64,000 nucleotides of DNA from Eledone cirrhosa (taxonomy: Eukaryota), in contig OZ024744.1 in NCBI GenBank assembly GCA_964016885.1, positions 19,902,001 through 19,966,000 on the forward strand, in the 5' to 3' direction. Under the pieces are notes generated by a model. It was not told the DNA's origin. It saw only the letters and a program-made list of their open reading frames with translations, and made no database searches. The translations under genes and the position numbers were made by a program. Positions 12,595-27,100 of this stretch are shown here, piece by piece; the stretch's first letter is position 1; every line of letters begins with the position of its first letter.

Positions 12595-14180
12595 TATAGT
12601 GACAGACAAACACTATATAGAGTGACAGACAAACACTACTATATATAGTGACAGACAGACACTTATATATATATAGTGAGAGACAGTTACTAATATATAT
12701 AGTGACAGACAGACACTACTATATATACTGACAGACATCAACTACCATATATAGTGACATACACTACTATATATAGTGACCGACAGACACTACTATATAG
12801 AGTGACAGACATACATACACTACTATATACGGTGACAGACAGTCACTACTATATATAGTGACAGACAGACACTACTATATATAGTCACAGACAGACAATA
12901 CTATATATAGTCACTGTCAGACACTACTATATATGGTGACAGAGAGACACTACTATATATAGTGACAGACAGACAGTACTATATATATAGTGTCAGACAG
13001 ACACTACTATATATTGTGATAGACAGGCACTACTATATATAGTGACAGACAGGCATTACTATATATATAGTCACAGTCAGACACTACTATATATAGTGAC
13101 AGACAGACTCTACTATATATACTGACATACACTACTATATATAGTCACAGACAAACACTACTATATAGAGTGACAGACAGACACTACTATATACGTTGAC
13201 AGACAGTCACTAATATATATATAGTGACAGACAGACACTACTATATACAGTGACAGACAGACACTACCATATATAGTGACAGACAGACACTACCATATAT
13301 AGTGACAGACAGACACTACTATATATATTTACAGACAGACACTACTATATATATTGACAGCCAGACACTACTGTATATATTGACATACAGACACTACTAT
13401 ATATAGTGACAGACAGACACTACTATATATAGTCACAGACAGACACTACTCTATATTTCCACAGATATACACTACTCTATATATATTCATATACAGACAC
13501 TACTATATATAGTTACAGACATACACAAATATATATATATATAGTGACAGATAAACAGTATTATATATAGTGACAGACAGACACTACTATATATAGTCAC
13601 AGACAGACGCTACTTTATATAGTGACATACAGACACTACTTTATATAGTGACAGACAGACGCTACTTCATATATAGTGACAGACAGACTACTATATATAT
13701 AGTCATAGAGAGACGGTACAATATATATAGTGACAGACAGACACTACTATATATATTGACAGACAGACATTACTATATATAGTGACAGACAAACACTACT
13801 ATATATATTGACAGACAGACAATACTATATATAGTGACAGACAGACACTACTTTATATAGTGACAGACATACACTACTATATATAGTGACATACAGACAC
13901 TACTATATATAGTGACAGACAGACACTATTATATATATATAGTGACAGGCAGACACTACTATATATAGTGACAGACAGACACTACTATATATATAGTCAC
14001 AGACAGACACTACTATATATAGTGACAGACAGACACTACTATATATAGTGACAGACAGACACTACTATATATATAGTGACAGACAGACACTACTATATAT
14101 AGTGACAGACAGACACTACTATATATAGTGACAGACAGACACTACTATATATAGTGACAGACATACACTACTATATATAG
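12595..14180 (-). repeat. 26-bp minisatellite, block 4 (reverse orientation)
   Basis: Reverse-complement units begin at the perfect 28-bp palindrome 12581-12608. Units at about 13950-14180 are nearly consensus. Confidence 0.95.
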
Positions 14181-15072
14181 TGTGGTATAGTGTGATGTAG
14201 TGTGGTGTAGTATGGTGTCGTGTAGTGTAGTGTGGCGTGGTGAGGTGTAGTGTGTGTAGTGTAGTGTCGTGTAGTGTAGTGTGTTGTGGTGTCGTGTGGT
14301 GTCGTGTGGTGTAGGATGGTGTGGAGTAGTGTGTTTTATTTTGGTGTGGTCTAGTGTGGTGTAGTGTCGTGTGGTGTAGTGTGGTGTAGTTTAGTGTAGT
14401 GTGGTGTAGCGTGGTTTAGTTCGGTGTGATGTGGAGTGGTGTAGTAGGTGTAGGTTGGTGTAGTTTGGTATGGTGAGGGGTGGTGTGGTTTAGTGTAGTG
14501 TAGTGAGGTGTGGTGTAGTGTAGTGTGGTTTTGCTGTTGTGTACGTTGGTGTGGTGTAGTGTGGTGTAGGGTGGTGTGGTGCAGTGTTGCGTGGTGTGGT
14601 GTAGCGTGGTGTGGTGTAGTTTAGTGTGGTGTTGTGTGGTGTAGTTTGGTTTGGTGTAGTGTGGTGTGGCGTAGTGTAGTGTGGTATTGTATACTGTGGT
14701 GTAGTGTGGTGTAGTGTGGTGTGGTGTGTTGTAGTGTTGTGTAGTGTGGTGTAGTATAGTGTGGTTTAGTGAAGTGTGGTGTAAGGTATTGTGGTATAGT
14801 GTGGTGTAGTGTAGTATAGTGCAGTTTAGTCTGGTATGATGTGGGGTGGTGTAGTGTGGTGTAGTGTGGTGTAGTGTGGTGTGCTGTAGTGATGTCTAGT
14901 GTGGTGTAGTGTAGTGTAGTTTAGTGTACTGTAGTATATTGTAGTGTGATGTAGTGTGGTGTAGTGTAGTGTGGTGTGGTGTGAGATAGAATAGAGTAGT
15001 GTGGCGTGGTGTAGTGTTGTTTAGTGTTGTGTGGTGTATTGGAGTCTGGTGTGGTGTGGTATGATGTAGTGC
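14181..15072 (-). repeat. Pentanucleotide satellite in G/T orientation (GTGTA/GTGTG)n
   Basis: gtggtgtagtgtagt... is the reverse complement of the large CACAC/TACAC array downstream. Confidence 0.93.
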
Positions 15073-15079
15073 AGCTTCG

Positions 15080-15131
15080 AGTGGTGTCTGTCACTATATA
15101 TTGTAGTGTCTGTCTGTGGCTATATATAGTA
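15080..15131 (+). repeat. Two-unit remnant of the 26-bp minisatellite (forward)
   Basis: AGTGGTGTCTGTCACTATATATTGTAGTGTCTGTCTGTGGCTATATATAGTA lies between the oppositely oriented pentanucleotide arrays. Confidence 0.85.
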
Positions 15132-15138
15132 TATCTAA

Positions 15139-18100
15139 CCGCACCCCACTACACTAAACTACACTATACCACACCACACTACACCAAACCACCAATACCA
15201 CACCACTAGTCACCACACTACACCACACTACACTACACCAGACCATACTACACCACACTAAACCACACCACACTACAAAACACCACTCTACGCCATAGTA
15301 AACCACACCACACCACACCATACAACAATACATTACACTACACTACTCCACACAACTGCACCCCATACCACACCATACCACACCACACAACTCTAAACCA
15401 CACCACACATCACTGCACCACACTACACCACACTACACCACACTAAACCACACCAGACTACACCACACGAAATCACACCACATTACACTACACTAAACCA
15501 AACCACACCACAATACACCACATTACACGACACCACACTACACCAGACCACACAACACCACACTGATCTACACCACACCACACCACTCTACACTACACTA
15601 TACCATACTACACCACACTACACCATACTACACCACACTACATTACACCAGACTACACCACACAACATTACAATACACCAAATCACCCCACACAACACCA
15701 CAGTACACCGTACTACACCACACGACACCACACAACACTACACCACAATACACCACACCACACTACACTTCACCACACCACACTACACGAAGCCAGACCA
15801 CACCACACTATCCGGCCCTACACCAAACTACACAACACTCCGCCACACTACACTATATCACACTAGACCACACTACACCACACTACACCACATCACACCA
15901 CACCACACCACACTACACCACACTACACCAAACTACACCACACTACACTACACCACAGTTCACTACACCACACTACACCACACCACACAACAGCACACTA
16001 AACCACACTACACTGCACAACCCGAGACCACACCACACATTACCACACCATACAACACTACACCACCTTACACCACACCACACTACACCACACCACACCA
16101 AACTACACCACACTACACCACACTGCACTACACTGCACAACACTACACCACACTACACCACACCACACCACACCAAACTACACCACATTACACCACACCA
16201 CACGCCACCACACTACACGACACCACACTACACCGTAATACAACACACTACACTAGACCACACTACATTACACCACAGCACCCTACACCATGCTACACCA
16301 CACTACACCATACTACACCAGACTACACCACATTACACCACACCACACTACACTACACCAGTCTACACCACACGAAATTACACCACACCACATCACACCA
16401 CACGACACCACACCACACCAGACCACACAACACCACACTGATCTACACCACACCACACCACTCTACACTACACTATACCATACTACACCACACTACACCA
16501 TACTACACCACACTACATTACACCAGACTACACCACACAACATTACAATACACTAAATCACCCCACACAACACCACAGTACACCGTACTACACCACACGA
16601 CACCACACAACACTACACCACAATACACCACACCACACTACACTTCACCACACCACACTACACGAAGCCAGACCACACCACACTATCCGGCCCTACACAA
16701 CACTCCGCCACACTACACTATATCACACTAGACCACACTACACCACACTACACCACATCACACCACACCACACCACACTACACCAGACTACACCACACTA
16801 CACCACACTACACTACACCACAGTTCACTACACCACACTACACCACACCACACAACAGCACAATAAACCACACTACACTGCACAACCCGAGACCACACCA
16901 CACATTACCACACCATACAACACTACACCACCTTACACCACACCACACTACACCACACCACACCAAACTACACCACACTACACCACACTGCACTACACTG
17001 CACAACACTACACCACACTACACCACACCACACCACACCAAACTACACCACATTACACCACACCACACGCCACCACACTACACGACACCACACTACACCG
17101 TAATACAACACACTACACTAGACCACACTACATTACACCACAGCACCCTATATCATGCTACACCACACTACACCATACTACACCAGACTACACCACATTA
17201 CACCACACCACACTACACTACACCAGTCTACACCACACGAAATTACACCACACCACATCACACCACACGACACCACACCACCCTACACCACACTACAGTA
17301 AACCAAAGCACACGACACTACAATCCATCACACCACGATACACCACACCACACTCCAACACCCTACACCACTCCACACCACACTACAATACACCACGCTA
17401 CACTACACTACACTACGCCTCACCACACTAAACTACACTACATCACATCACTAAACTACACTACATCACACTACACCACACTACACCACACCACACTACA
17501 CCAAACTTCACCACACCACTTCACACTACACTACACCACACCTCAGCACAACACACTACACCACACCACACAGCACCACACTACACTTCACCACACTACA
17601 CCACACTACCCGACATCACACCACACCACACTATATAACACCACACCACACTATACCATACTACACTACACCACACTATACCACAGCACACTACACTACA
17701 CCACACAACACTACACCATACTACACCACACTACACTACACCACACTACACTACACGACAAAATAGCATACTACCCGACACCACACTACACCACACTACA
17801 TCACACCACACTACACTACACTACACCACACCACCTTACACTACACTATACCACACCACAATGCACCACATAAGACTACACAACAGCACACTACACTACA
17901 CTACACCAAACTACACCACTCCACATTACACCACACTAAACCCCACCAAAATATACCACACTACACTAGACCACACCGCACTTCACTGCTCCCCACCACA
18001 CTACACTTCACCACACTAAACCACACTACGCCACAACACACTACACCACACTATACCACACCACACTGCACTACCCTACACCAACCTACACTGCACCACA

Positions 18101-21100
18101 CTACAGCATACTACACCACACCACACCAACCTGCACCACACTACGCCACACCACATCACACTACATCACGCTACACCACACTACACTACCCTACACCACA
18201 CTTCAATAAACTACACTATACCACACCACACTACACAATACTACACCACTCCATACCACACTACACTACACCACACTACACTACACTACACTACAGCACA
18301 CCCGACTACACCACACTACACCACAACACACAACACCAAACCACACCACACCACACTACACCACACCAGACCACACCACACCACACTACACTATATTACA
18401 CCACACTACATCACACCACACCATTCTACACCACACTACCCCATACTACACTACACCACACCACACTACACTACCCCACACTACACCACACTATACCACA
18501 CTACACTACATCGCACTATACCACACCACACTACACTAAATTACACCACACTACACCACATCACACCACACTGCACCACCATATTTCACTCCACACCACA
18601 CTACATCATACCACACAACACAACACCGCACTATACCACACCACACTACACCACACTAAAAACAACACCACACTACATTACAATACACTACACCACACCA
18701 AACCACACCAAACTACAACACACTACAGCACACTACATTACACTACACTACACCATACTACACCACACTACATCACACAGCACTAGATCACACTACACCA
18801 CACTACACCACACTACACCACACTATACTAGACTACGCTACACCACAGTTCACTACACCACACCACACAGCACCACACTACACCTCACCACACTACACCA
18901 CACTACCCGACATCACACCACACCACACAACAGAAAACCACACCACACTATACCATACTACACTACACCACACTATACCACACCACACTACACTACACCA
19001 CACAACACTACACCATACTACACCACACTACACTACACCACATTACACCACAAAATAGCACACTACCCGACACCACACTACACCACACTACATCACACCA
19101 CACTACACCACACTACACCACACCACCTTACACTACACTATACCACACCACGATGCACCACATAAGACTACACAACAGCACACTACACTAAACACCAAAC
19201 TACACCACACCAAACTACACCACACCACATTACACCACACTTAACCCCACCAAACTATACCACACTACACTAGACCACACCGCACTTCACTGCTCCCCAC
19301 CACACTACACTTCACCACACTAAACCACACCACACTTCACTACCCTACACCAACCTACACTGCACCACACTACAGCATACTACACCACACCACACCAACC
19401 TGCACCACACTACGCCACATCACATCACACTACATCACGCTACACCACACTACACTAACCTACACCACACTTCAATAGACTACACTATACCACACCACAC
19501 TACACAATACTACACCACTCCATACTACACTACACTACACCACACTACACTACAGCACACCCGACTTCACCACAACACACAACACCGAACCACACCACAC
19601 TACACCACACCAGACCACACCACACCACACTACACTATACTACACCACACTGCATCACACCACACCATTTTACACCACACTACCCCATACCACACTACAC
19701 CACACTAAAGCACACTACACTACACCACACTATAAAATACCACACTACACTACACTACACCACAATACACCACAATACACCACAGCACACTACACCCCAC
19801 CACACTACACCATACTACACTACGCGACACCACACTACACTACTCCACACCACACCACTCTACACCACACCACACGACACTAACCCACACTACACCACAC
19901 TACACCACACTACACTACACCGCACTATACCACACCACACTACACTAATTACACCACACTACACCACATGACACCACACTGCACCACCCTATATCACTCC
20001 ACACCACACTACATCATACCACACAACACTACACCGCACTACACCACACCACACTACACCACACTAAACTAGACCACACTACATTACAATACACTACACC
20101 ACACCAAACCACACCATACTACAACACACTACAGCACACTACATTACGCTACACTACACCATACTACTCCACACTACATCACACCACACTACATCACACT
20201 ACACCACACTACACCACACCACACCACACTACACCACACTACACTACACTAAACCACACCACACGACAGCACAACAAACGACACCACACCACACTACACC
20301 ACACCACACTACACCACACAACATTACATCACACTACACCACACTACACTACCGCACACTACACCACACTACACCACAGTACACCACACTACACCACACT
20401 ACACAACATTACACCACACTACACCACAACACATTACACATTACACCACATTACACTACACCACACAAAACCACACCAAACTACAACACACTACACCACG
20501 CTACACCACACTACACCTCACCAAACTACACAAAACTACACCACACTACACCACCCCACACCATACATTACTAAACCACACTACACCACACTACCCCACA
20601 CCACACTACACCACACTACACTACACCAACCCACACTATACCACACCACACGACACTACACTAAACCCCACAACTCTACACCACACTACACTAGACCACA
20701 CTGCAATACACTACTCCACACCACACTACACTTCACCACACAACACTACACCACAACACACTACACCATACTAAACCATACCACACTGAATTTACCCAAC
20801 ACCAACCTACACTGCACCACACTACACCACACTAGACCACACCACACTACACTACACCACAGCACACTACACTACACCACACCACACCACCCTACACAAC
20901 ACTACACCGCACCACACCACAACACACTACACCACACTACAGCACACTACACTACACCATACTACACCACACCACACCACACCACACCACACCACACTAT
21001 ACTACACCATACTACACCACACCACACTATACCATACTACACTACACCACACTATACCACACCACACTACACTACACCACACAACACTACACCATACTAC

Positions 21101-24100
21101 ACCACACTACACTACACCACACTACACCACAAAATAGCACACTACCCGACACCACACTACACCACACTACATCACACCACATTACACCACACTACACCAC
21201 ACCACCTTACACTACACTATACCACACCACGATGCACCACATAAGACTACACAACAGCACACTACACTAAACAACACCAAACTACACCACACCACATTAC
21301 ACCACACTAAACCCCACCAAAATATACCACACTACACTAGACCACACCGCACTTCACTGCTCCCCACCACACTACACTTCACCACACTAAACCACACTAC
21401 GCCACAACACACTACACCACACTATACCACACCACACTGCACTACCCTACACCAACCTACACTGCACCACACTACAGCATACTACACCACACCACACCAA
21501 CCTGCACCACACTACGCCACACCACATCACACTACATCACGCTACACCACACTACACTACCCTACACCACACTTCAATAGACTACACTATACCACACCAC
21601 ACTACACAATACTACACCACTCCATACCACACTACACTACACCACACTACACTACAGCCTACCCGACTACACCACACTACACCACACTACACAACACCGA
21701 ACCACACCACACTACACCACACCAGACCACACCACACCACACTACACTATACTACACCACACTACATCACACCACATCATTCTACAACACACTACCCCAT
21801 ACCACACTACACCACACTAAAGCACACTACACTACACCACACCACACTATAAAATACCACACTACACTACACTACACCACAATACACCACAATACACCAC
21901 AGCACACTACACCCCACCACACTACACCATACTACACTACGCGACACCACACTACACTACTCCACACCACACCACTCTACAACACACCACACGACACTAC
22001 CCCACACTACACCACACTACACCACACTACACTACACCGCACTATACCACACCACACTACACTAAATTACACCACACTACACCACATCACACCACACTGC
22101 ACCACCCTATATCACTCCACACCACACTACATCATACCACACAACACTACACCGCACTACACCACACCACACTACACCACACTAAACTACACCACACTAC
22201 ATTACAATACACTACATCACACACACCAAACCACACCAAACTACAACACACTACAGCACACTACATTACACTACACCATACTACACCACACTACATCACA
22301 CCACACTACATCACACTACACCACACTACACCACACTATACTAGACTACACTACACCACAGTTCACTACACCACACTACACCACACCACACTACACCACA
22401 TTACACTACACTACACTAAACCACACCACACGACAGCACAACAAACTACACCACACCACACTACACCACACCACACTACACCACACAACATTACATCACA
22501 CTACACCACACTACACTACCGCACACTACACCACACTACACCACAGTACACCACACTACACCACACTACACCACATTACACCACACTACACCACAACACA
22601 TTACACCACATTACACTACACCACACAAAACCACACCAAACTACGACACACTACACCACGCTACACCACACTACACCACACTACACTACACTACACTACA
22701 CCACACCACAGCACAGCACACTACACCAAACCACACCACACTACACCACACCACACCACATTCAACCACACCACAGTACACTGCACTACACTATACCACA
22801 CCACACTACACTACACCACACCACACTACACCCCACTACACCACACCTCACCACACTACACAAAACTACACCACACTACACCACCCTACACCATTCCACA
22901 CCACACATTACTAAACCACACTACACCACACTACCCCACACCACACTACACCACACTACACTACACAAACCCACACTATACCACACCACACGACACTACA
23001 CTAAACCCCACAACTCTACAACACACTACACTAGACCACACCGCAATACACTACTCCACACCACACTACACTTCACCACACAACACTACACCACAACACA
23101 CTAGGCCATAGTAAACCATACCACAGTGAATTTACCCAACACCAACCTACACTGCACCACACTACACCACACTAGACCACACCACACTACACTACACCAC
23201 ACCACACTACACTACACCACACCACACCACCCTACACAACACTGCACCGCACCACACCACAACACACTACACCACACTACACCACACTACACTACACCAT
23301 ACTACACCACACCACACCACACTATACCACACCACACAAGACTACACCACACTATACCACACTACACAACACCACACCACACTACACCACACTACACCAC
23401 ACTACACCACACGAAACAACAGCACACCACACCACACTTCACTCCACCAACCACACCACACTACAACACAATACACCACATTACACCACACTACACAAAA
23501 CTACACCACACCACACTACACCCCACCACACTACACCACACTACACTACGCCACACCATACTACACTACACCACGCCACACCACTCTACACCACACTACA
23601 CTACACCACACCACACTAAACCACACTAAACCACACCACACTGCACTACCTTATACCAAACTACACTGCACAATACTACACCACACTACACCAAACTACA
23701 CCACACTACACCACACTACACCACATTACACCACGCTACACCACCCTACACTTCACCACTCCATACCACACGATAATACATTACACCGCACCACCTTACA
23801 CTACACCACACCGCACTACACCACACTACCCCACGCAACACTACAAAATACTACAGCACACTACATCACACCACACTACACCACAATGCACCACACTACA
23901 CTTCACCACACTAAACCACACCATACTAGACCACACTACACTACACCACACTAAACCAAACTAGACAACACCATACTACACCACATTACACCACACTACA
24001 CTACACCACACTACACCACAAAATAGCGCACTACCCTACACAACACTACAGCACACTACGCCACACCACATCACACCACACCACGCCATACCACATCACA

Positions 24101-27100
24101 CTACATCACACCACACCACACTACACTACACGAAACGACACGACAGGACAGCACAGCACACTACACTACACCATACCACACTACACTACACCACATCACA
24201 CCACAACACACCACACTACCCACAGCACACCACAATACACGACACCACTCTACATTTCACCAAATTACACGACACCACACCGCACTATACAACAGCACAT
24301 CACAGGACACTACACCAAACTACACTACAGCACACCGCACTACACCACACCAAACCACACACCACACTACACTACACCACATTGCACCACACTACACCAC
24401 ACTACACCACACCACACTACACTACACTACACTACACCACACTACACTACACGACACGACACGCCAGGACAGCACAGCACACTATACTACACTACACCAT
24501 ACAACACTACACTACACCACATTGCACCACAACACACCACACTACAGCACAGCACACCACAATACACCACACCACACCACTCTACATTTCACTAAATTAC
24601 ACGACACCACACCGCACTACTCCACGCCAAAGCACACTACACCAAACTACACTACACCACACCACTCTACATTTCACTAAATTACACGACACCACACCGC
24701 ACTACTCCACGCCAAAGCACACTACACCAAACTACCACATTACATCACACAATACCACACTACACCACATTACACTACACTACACTACACTACACTACAC
24801 TACACTACACTACACTACACTACACTACACTACACTACACTACACTACACTTCACTACACTACACTACATCACAACACACTACACTACACCACTCTACAC
24901 TACACTACACTACACTACACTACGCTACACTACACTACAGTACAGTACATTACACTACACTAAACCACACCACACTACACCATACCACACTACACCACAT
25001 TATTTCACAGTACACCACACTACACCACACTACACTACACTACACTACACTACACTACACTACACTACACTACACTACACTACACTACACTACTATACCA
25101 CACCACACAACAGTAAGCTACACCACCTTACACCACACCACACTACACAACACTACACCACAACACACCACACTGCACCAGACTACACCACCCGCACCAC
25201 CCTACACTACACCACATCACACTACACCACACCACACTACACCACGCTACACCACACCACACTACACCACGCTGCACTACACTACACTACACCACGCTTC
25301 CGCTACATTACACTACACTACACTATACTACACCACACCATTCTACACCACACTACCCCATACCACACCGCACCACACTACAGCACACTACATTACACCA
25401 CACCACACTATAAAATACCACACTACACTACATTACAGAACACTACACCGCACTATACCACACCACACTACACCACAATAAACTACACCACACTACATTA
25501 CAATACACTACACCACACCAAACCACACCAAACTACAACACACTACAACACACTACATTACACTACACTACACAATACTACACCACACTACATCACACTA
25601 CACTACACCACACTACACAACACTATACTAGACTACGCTACACCACAGTTCACTACACCACACTACACGACAGCACAACAAACTACACCACACTACACCC
25701 CACCACAACACACTACACAACACAACATTACATCACACTACACCACACTACACTACCCCACACTACACCACACTACACCACAGTACACCACACTGCACCA
25801 CACTACACCACACTACACCACAACACATTACACCATATTACACTACACCACACCAAACAACACCAAATTACACCACACTACACTACACTACACTAAACCA
25901 CACCACACAACAGCACAACAAACTACATCACACTACACCACACTACACTACCCCACACAACACCACACTAAACCACAGTACACCACACTGCACCACACTA
26001 CACCACACTGCACCACACTACATCACACCACACTACACTACACCACACCACACCACAGCACAGCACACTACACCAAACCACACCACACTACAACACACCA
26101 CGCCACATTAAACCACACCACACTACACTGCACCACACTACACCACACTACACCACACCACAGTACACTGCACTACACTATACCACGCCACACTACACTA
26201 CACCACACTACACCACACTACACCACACCTCACCACACTACACAAAACTACAACACACTACACCACCCTACACCATTCCACACCACACATCACTAAACCA
26301 CACTACACCACACTACCCCACACCACACTACACAACACTACACTACACCAACCCACACCATACCACACCACACGACACTACACTAAACCACACTAAACCA
26401 CACTAAACCACACCACATTGCACTACCCTATACCAAACTACACTACACAAAACTACACCACACTACACCAAACTACACCACACTACACCACACTACACCA
26501 CATTACACCACGCTACACCACCCACACCACACCACACGATAATACATTACACCGCACCACCTTACAATACACCACACCGCACTACACCACACTACCACAC
26601 GCTACACTACAACATACTAAACCACACTGCATCACACCACACTACACCACACTGCACCACACTACTCCACACCACACTACACTTCACCACACTAAACCAC
26701 ACCACACTAGACCACACTACACTACACCACACCACACTAGACAACACCACACTACACCACACTACACCACACTACACTACACCACACTACACCACACTAC
26801 ACCACAAAATAGCACACTACCCTACACAACACTACAGCACACTACGCCACACCACATCACACCACACCACGCCATACCACATCACACTACATCACACTAC
26901 ACCACACTACACTACACGAAACGACACGACAGGACAGCACAGCACACTACACTACGCTACACCATACAACACTACACTACACCACATTACACCACAACAC
27001 ACCACAGTACAGCACAGCACACCACAATACACCACACCATTCTACATTTCACCAAATTACACGACACCACACCGCACTACTCCACGCCATACCACACTAC

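Noticed and set aside
1989-14180. CRISPR-like array (26-28 bp partly palindromic repeats)
   Set aside because: The units are head-to-tail with no unique spacers, there are no cas genes, and the context is eukaryotic.
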